64,000 nt of DNA from Octopus vulgaris (Eukaryota), in the NCBI GenBank assembly GCA_951406725.2, contig OX597824.1, forward strand, positions 94,922,001-94,986,000, read 5' to 3'. Shown here piece after piece: positions 12,585 to 27,800 of the stretch. Position 1 is the stretch's first letter. Each line of letters starts with the position of its first letter. The position numbers were made by a program, and so were the translations under genes. The notes below the pieces were generated by a model. That model saw only the letters and a program-made list of their open reading frames with translations, was not told the origin of the DNA and made no database searches.

Positions 12585-15500
12585 GTAAGCGCTTCTTCTT
12601 TTTACAATAAGATGTCTTCTGTATTTATTATGAATTATAACATTTTTTTTTCTCTATCGGTAATCTTGGATCGTAGAGTGACCCGCTGTTCTTGAGGAGA
12701 CCTATTGAGTCAAGTACGTTAACACCGACATCAAAATGAAAAGCAAATGGAAATTGTAGTTAAGACACCCGTGCCGGTGACACGTAAAAAGCACCATCCG
12801 AATGTGGCAGTTGCCAGCGCTGCCTAACTGGCATCCGTACTGGTGGCTCGTAAAAAGCACTAACCGATCGTGGCTGTTTGCCAGCCTCCTCTGGCCCCTG
12901 TGCCAGTGGCACGTAAAAAGCACCCACTACACTCACGGAGTGGTTGGCATTAAGAAGGGCATCTGGCTGTAGAAACACTGCCAGATCAGACTGGAGCCTG
13001 GTGCAGCCTCCTGGCTTCCTAGACCCCCGTCGAACCGTCCAACCCATGCTAGCATGGAAAACGGGCGTTAAACGATGATGATGATGATGTAATCATGTTA
13101 GTGATGTTTCATTTACAGTTTTCAATGTGATTTTTATTTTGTTGTATTGTGGTTGGGTCATTATGCCAATAATCAACACATGCACCAGTTCTGTTTCACT
13201 TCTTTATTTGTCAGTTTATGCTGGAATTACTGTAAACTTTCTCAGACTATTGAGCAGCATTTCTTTGAGGATCATCCCAGCTGTATATATATATATATAT
13301 CAAGAAATCTATCAATAGGTCTTGCATTGGTTTCTATCCCCTATCTTGAATATGGTGTCATTCTTCCAATCTTGTTAGACATCACTAACTTCCTGTGACT
13401 CCTTCCAGCATTAACAAATAGACATATTAAGTTAGCCCTTTTAAATTCATTCAGTATGCAGTGTCTGGTATGGATCTAATCTAAACTAATTTTAAAAAGG
13501 GGACAGCCAGTATGAGTTTAACCATGATGGTATAAAGTGATATGCAAAAAAATGGGGGGAAAAATTAGAATGTAGAAATTTATGCTTCTTTACCATTAGA
13601 ATTGAAAAAGTAGTCTTGAAGTGATCATGTCAAAAATGTTACAGGATTTTCCTTCCAACCTAACAGTAAATGGAAAGTCACAAAAACTTGCTAATTTACT
13701 TTCAGTGACAAATCAAATGCATTTATATATGGAAATCATCGTCAAGTTTGTTTTTAATGCCTATTTTTCCGCATTTGCATGGCTCTGATGAATTCATTGA
13801 GACAGGTTTACTATGACCAGATGCTCTTCCTGTCATTAACCTTCGCCTGTTTCCAAGTCATTTGATATATCTCCTGGTCTGTCATACACTAACAACCCAA
13901 TGGCCAGGCATATTTTCATGAAAGATTGCAAACAAATGGCATCTCTGGCATCATTTCTTTTACAACTAGCCTCCAGTATCAAGACAAGGAGATACAAACA
14001 CTCCCAAACATGTGCAAACACTCACTCATGCGCATGTACATATGCATGATGGGCTCCTTTTCAGTTTCTGTTGTCCAAATTCTTTCATAAGGCTTTGGAC
14101 AGCTTGGGGCCATAGTAGAAGGTATTCACCCAAGGTACCAAGCAGTTCCCATCAAACCTAATTACAGTTACATCGTAAACCTGCTCACAAAATAATTTGT
14201 AATGATGAATGAATCTGTTTCAGTGTTTCCTAATCTTCCATTTCAGTACTCCAGTTGGATGCCAACCCTTCGTCAACAGTTCAAACCAATTAGAGCGAAA
14301 TTAATATCTCAAGGTTTCAACAAAGAAATAGTTGAAGTTGAAGAACCATTCCGGCCCAAACCTCCTAATGATGGCAGGTAGGATTAACTGTGTCTAATTC
14401 TAAATTTTTTTTCTAGAATAAACAAATCCCAAATTCAGATTCAGCCTGAAAAGTTACATCAATACACTAACTGAAGGCACACAGCTTAATGGTTAGTGTA
14501 TTTGGCTCATGATCGTAAGGTGATTCCTATTCCCAGTAGCACATTGTGTCCTTCAGCAAGACATTTTACTTCTACTCAGCTGGTAAAAATGAGTGGTACC
14601 TGTCATTCGAAGAGGCCAGCCATGTCACATTCAGTGTTGTGCTGAATCTCCCTGAGAACTACGTGAAAGGTACGCATGTCTCAGCCACTTGCACTTTAAT
14701 TTCACAAGCAGGCTGTTATGTTGATTGAATCAATTGGAACTCTTGTCATAAGTGACGGAGTGTCAATCAGCCAAATTTGAAAATTTTTTACTTAATTTTT
14801 ATAATTATCAAATCTGACAGCAGCCAAATATTCTCCAAAGAGAGACCTTTAAATCATCCATCAGTGGAACATGAGAACATGGTTTCTTTCCGTGTCAACA
14901 CACAGACACTAACTACACAGCTCAAGAAACATGCTTTGAATTTAATCCATTACTCGTAACAAAAGCTTGGCTGGTGCTTAACTGTGACCTGGTAGCATCT
15001 AGTACACTTTCACTAATTGTTGCAGTTGGTTATGTAGTTGCAAGCAGGTATTGCTATCTTCTTGGGTCTCCTGCTTATTGATCCAGCAAAGCATGAAGGG
15101 TGTGACAGCCGGAGGGAGAGTCAGCTGGGATTCATTTTAAGCTGGGCAGAGTGGATCAATGTGAAATGTGCCTTGCTCGTCAGGGACACACTGCCCTTTC
15201 AGCTCCAGGAATTGAACCCAAGATTTTGTGATCGTGAGGCCAACACCCTGTCCATGAACATACACGCCTTCATAAATAGCACAAAGCTAAAAAATATATC
15301 ATAAACCAAGGAATTATCATAAAGATTGTGTTTCTTTTGACAGGGATGATAACTTTTCAAGTCAGTATTTATTAATATCTAAAACTGGCCAAATTTCCTC
15401 AGCTTTCAAATTACTTTATACATTTATTTAATTTATTACTCCTTTTCCAAAAGATTCTGTGCATTTCATAGCTCATTTAATTACTTTCAGAATTATTTAG

Positions 15501-15776
15501 GATCATAATTTAGTCGACTGCAAATTGACCTTCCACTTTTCATTATGATTTTTACCTTCATTTATTAATATTTTCCATGTTTGTGAACACCAGACATTTT
15601 CTGTGGTAAAACTGATTCTCTTTATAAGTATTTCCTCCTAAAATTCCTTTTCAGTCTGGAGAGACAATATGAAGATGACCCTTTAGTAGAGTCTTTCAAC
15701 ATATACATGCGAATATTCTTGAGCCAGGCTTTGGAATCTAACTTCTTAAGCATCATCATTGCTACTAATGGTAAGA

Positions 15777-15829
<53 letters not shown>

Positions 15830-18800
15830 TATTATAATAATAAAAGGACTACATCACTAGTCTTGTAAAATTTACTTTATGTTATCCTTGATATGTCTTC
15901 TTTATATGCGATGATGCTTTTTCAGGATGAGGTTTAGATATGGATTGACCATATCAGCAGTCTTTTCTATGCTGCTAAGATCCTGTATGTTAAGTGTCCT
16001 TTTTGTCACCAGTAGCAACAGCATTTAATGTCCCTGTTCCTGGCATGGGTTGGACAGAATATTTTTGGTCTAATGACTGCACTGTCCTCCAGTGTCTGCT
16101 TTGATATGGTTTCCACAACTGGATGCCCTTCCTAACACCAGCCACTCTACAGACTGTACTCAAGAATTTTTTTTTCCATTTGACTGGCACCAGTGAGGTC
16201 ACCATGCAGCTTAGCCATTCAAGAATCTGGACCTGGAGATCTCCATTTCCAGCGACTTCGAGGGACACCTCCCAGTGGTGTCAGGCGTCAACGAGGACCC
16301 CTCGACTACAACAAGACGACCAAAGTTGTTTTTTTTCCAAGGTCTGGGGTATCCTGCTCTAAGCCCTAGACCATCACCTAATCACCCTTACCCGTCTTGT
16401 TGCTTAACAAAAACAACAACCATGTAGCTTACAAGCCTATGAAACCCAAAGCAGGGGTACCTTTATACTGGGAGATTAGGAGTTAAAATATGAGAGGGAG
16501 CAAACAGTTTCTTGTTGCAGAGGAACGACATGGCTATTCATCCTTAGAAGAGGAGATGAGAATGCTTGGTAGGAGTTGCAGAGATAGCTATAAATGGTAG
16601 GAGCGATTTGCAAATGTAAACGATAAGGATTATAATGTGATGTATGTAATTTAATTGTTGTGCTAATTGTCACAATGTACAGATCTTGCACACTAAATAA
16701 TAACTGGTCATGATATATTGATGCAAATCTAGCAAACGTATGCTTTTAGATGAAAGGCAATTTTTAGTGCTGTGGTATATAGACCCGTTTCTCTCTTAAG
16801 GCTATGTGTCTTTCATTGATGCTAGTATTTTCCATGTGGTGCCAAACTAGATCTCTTCAGACAGACAGGCATACCTAAATTCTAAATAAAATTCAATCCA
16901 ACTTTGACAAGCTTAGTGCATTTGTGACTGTACACCATGTCCCACGTAGCTACACCATGTCAGTGAAACCTTGGTATATCTAGTATCTAAAGTTGTGGGT
17001 CATTCATATAAGCATTTCCTATTACTAAAACACTTCCACGGTGTCATTGTTTTCAAATCATTTTTCATGGGAAGCAAATTTTTTGCTTCACATGGTTATT
17101 TTTAATCCCTTGTTAAAAACTTTAACTATCAGAAAATTTTGTTTTAAAAATATTACAAAAATAAAATATCCTCATATGTACAATAAAACTTTGAGCTTTT
17201 TCTCACCTCTTTTGTCTCTAGTACAATAACATTGCTCTTTTGTTTTTCTCTCTTTTCAGACCAATTTTTTCTGAAAGCCTTGCAGACAATTGATAGCCTA
17301 ATTGATATGAAAGTTAATGAAATTGATTCAAAGGTCCAGTGGAACGACAAATTTAAAGTGGGTTTATATTTCTTAACACTACTTCCTTATAATTTTGTAA
17401 ATTTGTGTAATATTCCAGTTTAAAGTTTAACCCTTTAGTGTTTAAACCGGCCATATCTGGCCAGAATATTATCCTTGTTTTATGTTCAAACTTATGAGAT
17501 GCAGCCTCTCACATCTACCCTGCAATGTCATTCTACAAATAAGCAATCACATCATCAAAATCTCAAAGCTATGAGGCAAGGCACAATTAATTCAAAACAA
17601 TGTGAATAAATAAGTATTACATTTGGCAGAGTAATCTAAACACTAAAGGGTTAATGTTGTAAATGTACTTTATTTTAAATTCTACTCAAAAATGACATAT
17701 TACTGAAAACGATGTTAGTCTTGGAGAGATGTGGTCATATTTACTAAAGGTTTTATTGTTGAAAGCTTTGTGTACGTCACCTGTTTTCCATGTTAGAGTT
17801 ATGCAATCATAATTAGGTGGAGGTGGCATTCAGCATTAACTAAAATGAACATTAGCTGAATAAAAGAAAATTGTATGTAGTAACTAGTAAGAATTTTGTT
17901 GGCATTTCCATATTACTCTAATGTAATAAATTTGCCATTCATTGTACATAGAACCAAATTTAGTATTTGTCTGGAGTGTGATGTACCTGAAGTGTTGGGA
18001 TGGAATTCTTGAATAAACTTAATTTAAAAACAATTTTCCACATAAATTGCTTTGATTGTGTTAAATCATATTTAACACATTTGAGTGTATTCTGACATGA
18101 TTAGACATTTCACTGTGGAAATAGCCTCAGGAAAAAATTTTTATGTCTTCCAGCTGCACCTATGAAGTGCTCTATATTGTAAGTTAGCTATAGACAAATT
18201 ATCCTTGCTGCACAGGGTTTGTTGATTGAGAGACATTCGTTTCCCTAGACAGAAGCTGCAAATTTTATATTATTTTATGCTTACTTTTGTAAGTGTTTTA
18301 AGTTAAATACCTTTGCCAGCTAATAAAAGAGTCATTCAATTGCACAATACCCCCACTGTAATGGCCATGAGTTGAAATTCCCCCAGCGTACCTATTTACA
18401 TAGAGAATGACAGGTGTGTTAGGGACACTATGTAATAGTAATTATTACATATGAACATACAGTGGCACATAAAAGCACCCACTACACTCTCAGAGTGGTT
18501 GGCGTTTGGAAGGGCATCCAGCTGTAGAAACTCTGCCAGATCAAGATTGGAGCCTGGTGCAGCCATCTGGTTCGCCAGTCCTCAGTCAAAATTGTCCAAC
18601 CCATGCTAGCATGGAAAGCAGACGTGAAACGATGATGATGATGAACAGTTGATCCCCTGTTGGATGAATGAGCTGACAGCTTGATGACTTGGCTCGTAGC
18701 TGTTCTCTGTTACCTATTGCTTCTGTAAAGTTGATTTACTTATTAGTTAACAGTTTCCTGGTGCCAGCTAACCCAGTTTGAATCAATAAATATTTGAATT

Positions 18801-21800
18801 CAAATATATTTGTTGGCACTCCATTGGTTGCGACAACGAGGATTCCAGTTGATCCAATCAACGGAACAACCTGCTCGTGATATTAACGTGCAAGTGGCTG
18901 AGCACTCCACAGTCACACGTGTAGCCTTAACGAAGTACTCGGGGGAGATTCAGCGTGACACAGAGTGTGACAAGGCTGGTCCCTTTGAAATACAGGTGCA
19001 ACAGAAACAGGAAGAAAGAGTGAGAGAAAGTTGTGGTGAAAGAGTACAACAGGGTTCACCCCTCCCCCCTGCCAGAGCCTCGTGGAGCTTTAGGTGTTTT
19101 CACTCAATAGACACTCACAACGCCAGGTCTGGGAATCGAAACCGCGATCCTATGACCGCAAGTCCACTGCCCTAACCACTGGGCCATTGCTCCTCAAATA
19201 TATACATGCTTGTAATATGCAGGATGCAAGAGTTACTTCAGGACATATTTGGTAATTTAATAAAACAATTCTAAACTTGGAAAAGCCAACTGTATTTTAC
19301 TAAAACTTTTGCGCAGATGTTCTTGATATGCTTCCTTATAAGATTATTTATTCCATGAATCCACCTTTAACTTCAATGGCTGTTCCAATTCAGGATTGGA
19401 ATCACTGACATGCCTGCGCTAAATGGTCCTTTTATATTTTGGGCATCACCTAGAAATTAACGACCTTCAGTAAAGCTGTGTTGATTAGTCTCCCTTCCAA
19501 CAATGCTCTAAATATGGTTGTCCAAGTCTTTTAAATCTGGCAAGTTTGGAGGCCACAAGTTCGATATTACATGGATTATATAGATTGTCTGACATCCATT
19601 CATGGGTTATGTGAGCTTTGTGAGAAGATGCTGAATCTTGTTGAACCCCGTATGGCCTTCAACTGCATATTTCATCCATTCAGGGCTTAAAAACTGTCTC
19701 CAACACCTCAGTGTATCCAGCATCATTAGTTTTAAGACCCTGTTGATAGATGTGAGGGGGCAATGATGTATGGACTTCATCACCCACTACACCTAAAACC
19801 ATCACAGGGGCTGGAAACTTAGTGGGCGTCACTCTGGGGACATGAGAAGGATCTGCACATAACCATTTGTCAGCTCTCTTTTAGACTTTTGGTCTTGGTC
19901 GAAGATTTTCTCATCAGAGCAAAGACCCAAGAATGCCATGATCGAAATTTCAAGCCAATATTTTGATAAACAAAAGTGGTGAGCAGACTGAATCATTACT
20001 GTGCTGTGTGAAATACTTAGTGGTATCTCGCCTGTCTTTAGGTTCTGAGTTCAAATCCTGCTGGGGATCAACTTTGCCTTTCATCCTTTCAGGGTTGATA
20101 AAATAAATACCAGTTGAGCACTGGAGTTGATATAATTGACTTATCCTTCCCTCATTATTATTATTATTATGAAGGCAGTGAGCTGGCACAATTTTTAGCA
20201 TGCTGGGTAAAATGCTTAGTGGCATTCCATCCATCTTTACATTCTGAGTTCAAATACGACTGAGGTCGATTTTACCTTTCATCCTTTCAGGGGGTCGATA
20301 AAATAAGTACCAGTTGAGTACTGGGGTTAATGTAATCGATTAGTCCTCTCCCCCAAAATTTCAAGTTTTGTACCTATAGTAGAAAGAATTATTATTATCG
20401 TCATTGCTGCTGTTGTTGTTGTTGTTGTTATTTTTATTTATTATTATTTTTTTTATCATTATTATTATTTTATTTTATTTATTTAATCCTGTTTTTTTGT
20501 TAATTCTTCTCAAGGACTGTCTGAAACTTAAACCTGTTATGCGGGAGCTTGACCGACCAAATCTAAAGCAATCCTGTCAGGTAATATATTTCCATGTTGT
20601 GATTTTACTATCATAAATTGTCTTCTTGCTTTCTCTCTCTCTGTATTATATGAGAAGGTGCTGGAAAATTCCTGGCTTTGGGCAAAACAAAACACAGGAG
20701 TATCAATTACTTCTGGTTTTATCCAACATATTCCCTTCTCAGATTCACACACTTATTGCAGCGGCCCTTCAGTTTTTCTAAACCCTGTAAAAGAACTCGG
20801 ACACTTGGGCCTCCAACCAGGTCTTTCTTGATATCCTTAAAGCCATGAACTTTTCAGCATTGATGATGATGATTTTTTATATCATCATCATCATCATTTA
20901 GCGTCTGTTTTCCATGCTATATATATATATATAATATTTGGATCTTTACCTTTTGACCGGAAGATTTAGAAAATAAAATTTTTGCAACTAAACATTTTCA
21001 AACTTCGGACACTGGTAGAATGTGTCATATAAAATATCTTTTACTCTAAGCGTTTTTGAGAAAAGTTTATATTTACAAAGTTATTTCTTTTTGAAGTAGT
21101 CGTATTTCGGTAATTTCAACCAATCAGTGACGTGTATTCAGCTGAATAAAATTAATGTTGTTGTTTATCAGCAACAACTTCCGGTGGTATATATTTAGTT
21201 TGTCACTGTTATTTATGGTTTTAGTATACGAAGTTTGAAAGTGTTTAGTTACAAAAGATTATTTTCTAAATCTGCCGGTCAAAAGGTAAAGATTCAAATA
21301 TTTTTATGTGCATGTGTGTGTGTGTGTGTATACTACTTACTCTATGTAAGTAGTATTGTATACTTCACAGAGAAAACTAAGGTGTGACTTATACACAGAG
21401 TAATGGTAAAACTATGAAAGGAAAAAAATTGAATTCTAAATTAGAAGTATGACTTATACACAAGTCAGTACAGTGCTTTATATGTGGCACCAGCATGGGC
21501 TCAAAATCAAAGAATACTAAGCTAATAGGTTGCTGGTTCATATTCTTTAGACTAACAGCTGACTCTGTTAGTGGAGCTGATCCGCTGTTCGGTTGGTGAT
21601 TCATATTCTGTCTCTGGAAAAATATTCTGTGAACCATAAAGACGTAAATGCCAATGTAGCTATGATGTAAGTAAGTGTTACTGGGTGGTGCATCTCATCA
21701 TTGTAAGTAATAAGGGTGTTATAAAACTGATGATTGTTAATTTGGAAAGCTAAGTTTTAATCAAGCTACTTTGAAAACGGATGGTCTCCAATAAGTTAAT

Positions 21801-24800
21801 TTGTTCTTGACATGATTTATTATAACAGTCTTTAGTGTTGCTCCTATGGTTTCATGTACAGGTATAAACAGAAACCAATCTAATTGAGGTACCTGAAACA
21901 ACCATAGAACCATTTGTATCTATAAATGTGTGTGTGTGTAAACTTAGAACAAAATTCCTTTTACTTCTTTGATGTTAATTCTGGAAGCAAAGCAAATGAA
22001 ATGATTCTGTTTTTGTGTTTTTTGTTTAGGCATGTGAAAATGCTAGTCAACCTGCCATAAAGTCCATCCATTTATATGGTCAACCGTATGACCTATCCAA
22101 TCTTGGAGAGAATTCAGTGGACCCAGAAGAAAATGCAAATGTTGCACAGGTACACAAGTGTTCTTACAAATATTGTTTTATTCTTCTCTGCATTGTTTAA
22201 ATAACTGAGGATACCAATACTGATGATGATGTATAGCTAGTGATGATTGGATAAAGAAACCTCTATTCCTGTCCACAAGCAGCCTGGGGTCAACCAAGCA
22301 AATTGGCTGTGATAGAGGTGCTCTGAAGTGTATCTCTTCCATTCAGAGTATGTGGCACCCGTGTACCAAGTTTTTGGGACCTTACTCATTAAGTGATAGT
22401 AGTGGGTGACAGTATCATGAGAGCATGCCATCTGATGGGTCAATTCCCTAGTGGCTCAGCATGGGTCCTTGTTGATAAGCCAATCTAATTGATTCTCATC
22501 GACCTGAACAGGTCGGCCAGAGTGCAGAGAGGTCTCTGTTGTTGAAGTTCCTCTCCTTGAGGCATTTAAAGTATTTCTGTGCAGTTCTTTCAATAACAGG
22601 GCCTTCTCCATAGCACAAATGTCTCGAGTGGCTTTTGGTACCTTTGGAACCTTGATTGAAAAACAAAGTGAAGCAGATATTGAAAATGCTCTTTTTTTTT
22701 TCTTTCCTACCTGGTACTTTATAATTGTGTGTGTGAAAAGAGAAGTAAAAATTTGTTCAAATTTCAAAAATGACAGCTAAAAGTTGTAAAGGAAGCACAG
22801 AGCTACAAAAAACCCATAAAACATGACAATGGAAACATTTTATGTATTAATTCCAAATAACATTGGAAAGATACAAAATAAAAATAAAAATTATCAGACA
22901 TCCCATTATTTAAACTCTGTGAATTATTGCCATAATTATACTTCTTATGGTTCTGTATGCTTTTAATGCAACCGAAGATAGTTTAATTACCTTTTTATTA
23001 ACACCAACAATTATAAAGCAGTTCTGGATATAAGTAATTGTAAAAACTATTACAATTAATTACACCTGGTTAATTTTTACATGCATTTTTTTGTTCTGGC
23101 ATTTACCAAACTTTTATGTCCATTTATATTTATGAATTATTAATAATGGTAAAAGATCTTCAGCTGAACTGATCATTGTCTGTTTTTCTAGTTGTATTTA
23201 ATGGTTGATCGTGAAGAATGTCTTTTATCTGAGACCGTTTGTTAGTTGTGAGAATTTGATCAGCTTATCATAAATGCAAACAGGGTTCCCACCAGGCTAT
23301 TAAATAACCTCCCTTCTTTTAGGTGAAGACAATGAACTAACACAAATGCTAGATTGCCTGACTAAATTACCTTACATTTTGCCCTGTCATTAAATCAGTT
23401 TTGCTTTTTATGACTCTCAGCTCAACAGCTTAAGTACTCAGCATATATCAGGGGCCAATACCACTATAGATTTATGGCTTTGTGCTAACATAAATCATTC
23501 ATGAGGGCTTGTAAAAGGTAAAATGCCTCAAGAGAGGTGGTTTACCATGTTCCTCTGCTGTAGATGGCTCAGCATCTATTTGTTGCAGTAACACTTAGCT
23601 TTCCTCTGTGGTTCCATACAAGCAGAGCTTGTATGGAACAGCAGCTACATCCTGATCAATTATTGGACAGGATGATGAAGCCTGCACATATGGCTGTGTG
23701 GTAAGTAGCTTGCTAACCAACCACATGGTTCCGGGTTCAGTCCCACTGCGTGGCATCTTGGGCAAGTGTCTTCTGCTATAGCCCCGGGCCGACCAAAGCC
23801 TTGTGAGTGAATTTGGTAGATGGAAACTGAAAGAAGCCCGTCATGTATATATATGTGTGTGTGTGTGTCTGTGTTTGTCCCCCCAACATCGCTTGACAAC
23901 TGATGCTGGTGTGTTTACATCCCCATAACTTAGTGGTTCGGCAAAAGAGACCGATAGAATAAGTACTGGGCTTACAAAAGAATAAGTCCTGGGGTCGATT
24001 TGCTCGACTAAAAGGCAGTGCTCCAGCATGGCTGCAGTCAAATGACTGAAACAATTAAAAGAGTAAAAGAGTATATATATATATATATATTATCAATAAT
24101 AACAAAGGGTAAAATTAATTACTTAACTAGTAATCAATAATTTCACCAAATAGAATTCGGCATGAAAAGGGACCATTTCTCAGTAAACTTAAGTAATATT
24201 TTATAATTAGGGTTCAGCAAAGATTTGCTTTACCACACACCAAAGTTTAGAAATAGCAGCCAGAGAAGCTTAGCTATTTCCTCTACTTTAAAAAGAATTA
24301 TATTTCCCTGGGCAGGATGATGAAGTGTATAAATATATAGTTAATTATTATATTTACCTGCCTTTGTTTGTTATTTTCATCAATCTTTGTATGCTTGTTT
24401 TTTCCCTTGTTGACATAGATTTTATTTCAAGATAAACTCGATTTTTTTTTTGTAGGGACAATTTATGTTGCTGTAGTTTATATTTCAAACTAAGAAGAAG
24501 TTTGATGCAAATGACTTTATTTTTCAGTTTATGAAAATTTACTTTACTTTTAAGACCGTGTATGTAAATCTAATTAATGTGTATCTGTCTTTTTTTTTCA
24601 GGAATTCATGATAGGCAAGACAGCTGCTATGTATGTTGGCTCCTATCATAGCTTATATCATTTCAAGTACCACATCTATGAAAGGTGCTTAGCAAAGGTA
24701 TGAAGTATTAGAAATTCTTATTTTTTGCAATATAAAGTTTTCTCTGCTTTAATTATTTTTTGCTTGAAACAGTTTTGTCCTTTTGTAATTCTAGCTTGTA

Positions 24801-27800
24801 AGTTTTATACCCCGTTGAGTACCTCCCAAACAGAAAACTATACCCCAGTTGTTGATGTCGAATATTAGTTTATTTGTTAACAGACCTGCTCGACAGGCAG
24901 CCAACTGAAGGATTAGGAACATTTTATATAGAAGTCTACTCTCTAAAGCGTTCAGTTAGAGTCAGTCCTTTTATATGGAGCAACGGTCTGGATGCTTACC
25001 AGTCAAGCAGCACTGGCATTGGCCACATTCAATTGGTGCTCTTTACGCACTACCGGCACAGGAGCCAGTTGTAGAGGAGTGGGAAGGGGGGAACCGGCAT
25101 CGACCATATTCGGATGGTGCTTTTTACGTGGCATCGGCCACAACTCCAATTTCCATTTTTTATTGTGATTTGATTTTTGATTTTACTTGACTTCATCATC
25201 ATCATTGTTCGACCGTGGTTGAGACAATGGAATTTACTATGCTACCCCAGACTTCACGGTCCATCATAGCATTACGGAGGTCCTGTTGCTGGATGCCTGT
25301 ATCCATGGAGATTGCATCAGGGTAGGAGAGTGTGCACCCTTTGGTGTTGCGGGTAGATGGCTTCCAGAGGAGAAGAGTAGAAATTGCCTCGTTTTCAGCT
25401 CTACATCAATGTCCAACAAACTGGACTCTCCTACCTTTCACAAGAGATAAAACCTAGAAGTTCCAGACACCCAGCTGAATACTCGACAGACACTGACTTT
25501 GCTGACGACATCGCTCTTATCAGTGATTCTCTCTCCAATGCCCAGTCTCTTTTACAATCTCTCGAACAAGCCTCAAGCATGTCGTCCAATGATTCAAAGA
25601 TACTTATTAAATAGGCTGGTTATGTATCAATGCAACCTAGTTGCTTGATTAACAAAAACGTTAATTAACATAGTTAAGAAACTTTGACTAACATTGTCCT
25701 GGGGTTAATAGGGTTTGGGTTAGAAACGAATTTAAAACCTTTTGTTATTGTAGGTTCTCAGTAATGTTCAACTGGTTTTGTAGGACAAATATATTTTCTG
25801 TTTATTGTTATATGAAGGGTGGTCTTTGAAACACGTTTTATCGACAGCTTCTGAAATAAAATAAAATGAAATAAAAACAGGTGCATCATAACATTAAAAT
25901 AGCACAAAATACTGGAATTTATGTTTTAACAAAACAGCAGAATGTAATAAATTCACACATAAACTCACACAATCAAAATTTGTCTCTCACCTTACAGGTA
26001 AATTAAAATTACAGCCCATAAATAGACAAATAAATGAAATATAAAAAAAAATTGAGAGGCGCAGGAGTGGCTGTGTGGTAAGTAGCTTGTCTACCAACCA
26101 CATGGCTCCGGGTTCAGTCCCACTGCGTAGCACCTTGGGCAAGTGTCTTCTACTATAGCCTCAGGCCGACCAAAGCCTTGTGAGTGGATTTGGTAGATGG
26201 AAACTGAAAGAAGCCCGTCGTATATATATATATGCGTGTGTGTGTTTGTGTGTCTGTATTTGTCCCCTAGCATTGCTTGACAACCGATGCTGGTGTGTTT
26301 ATGTCCCCGTTACTTAGCGGTTCGGTAAAAGATACTGATAGAATAAGTACTGGGCTTACAAAAGAATAAGTCCCGATTAAAGGCGGTGCTCCAGCATGGC
26401 CGCAGTCAAATGACTGAAACAAGTAAAAGAGTAAAGAGTAAAAGAGAGAGCAAGATATATTTGGAAATATATATATTTTATAAAAATTAAAGATGCAGGA
26501 GTGGCTGTGTGGTAAGAAGCTTGCTTCCCAACCACATGGTTCTGGGTTCAGTCCCACATGGCATCTTGGAGAAGTGTCTTATATAGCTTCAGGCCAACCA
26601 AAGCCAGAGTATAAGCCACAGAAAATTTCAGATTGGTTTTAATGAAAGGGTCAAGCTAGACCCATGCAGGATAACTAGGCTTAACGCTGGTTTCTGATGC
26701 TTCGTTCTGTCTCACTTAATTTTTGGTTTTCCTTTGCTTAACGACTACTCTTCCATTTCATTAACAGATAAATATTATCAAAGAAAGTGGCAATTATTTG
26801 GACAATTCTGAAGTTATTAATCAGTGTCTCCAAAACAGAGCTTGGATCCTCAAGGTATTTAAAAGCAAACTACCCCTTTTTCTATATTTTTGTTATCTGA
26901 TTTCTTGAAGGTAGGAAGCTAGCAGAACCATTAGCATGCCAGACCAAAAGTGTTTAGTGGAGTTTTATTGCAGCTTTATGTTCTGAGTTCAAATTCTGCT
27001 GTGGTCAACTTTGCCTTTCATTTGTTTTGGGTTGATAAATAAGTACCAGTCAAACACTGGGGTTGATGTAATTGACTTCCCCTTTCTTCTACAATTCTTG
27101 GCCTTTTGCCCAAATTAGAAAAGATTAGCTAATTCCTTAGAATCTGGCAGAGTTTCTACAGCTGGATGCCCTTCCTAACGCTAACCACTCCAAGAGTGTA
27201 GTAGGTGCTTTTACGTGCCACTGGCACGAGGGCCAGTCAGGTGGTACTGGCAACAGCCATGCTCGTGGTGCTTTTTATGTGCCACCTTCACAGGAGCCAG
27301 GCAACGACCCCGCTTGAATGTTTTTTCACGTGCCAGTAAGGTGACGCAGGTAATGATCACGCTCGAATGGTGTTTTCTACGCGCCACCAGCACGGAGGCC
27401 AGCTTGTTGCTCTGACAACGATCACACTCGTCTGGTACTCTTAGCGCTCCACTAGCACGGATGCCAGTCATCGAATCTATTACATAAATTGAATATGGTT
27501 CCAAGAGAATATTTAACTGCAAGCTGGTGGAATTAAGCTCAAATTCCTTCATAGGTTTGCCATTTTAGGTTGTTAGATAACCAGATTTTGTGTGATTCAT
27601 ATATGAAACAATCTGCTTCTTCAAATTAACTTAACCTTTTAGTGTTCAGATTATTCAATCAAACATAATGCCTATTGATTCCCATTGATTTGAATTAATC
27701 ATGCATTATCTCATATCTTCAAGATTTTGATGGTGTAAATTACTTAATGTAGAATAACATTGTAGGGTAGGTGTGAGAGCCTGGATCTGGTCAGTTTGAT

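Noticed and set aside
16225-16700. GC-richer segment that might be an LTR
   Set aside because: No TG...CA termini or TSD could be established.
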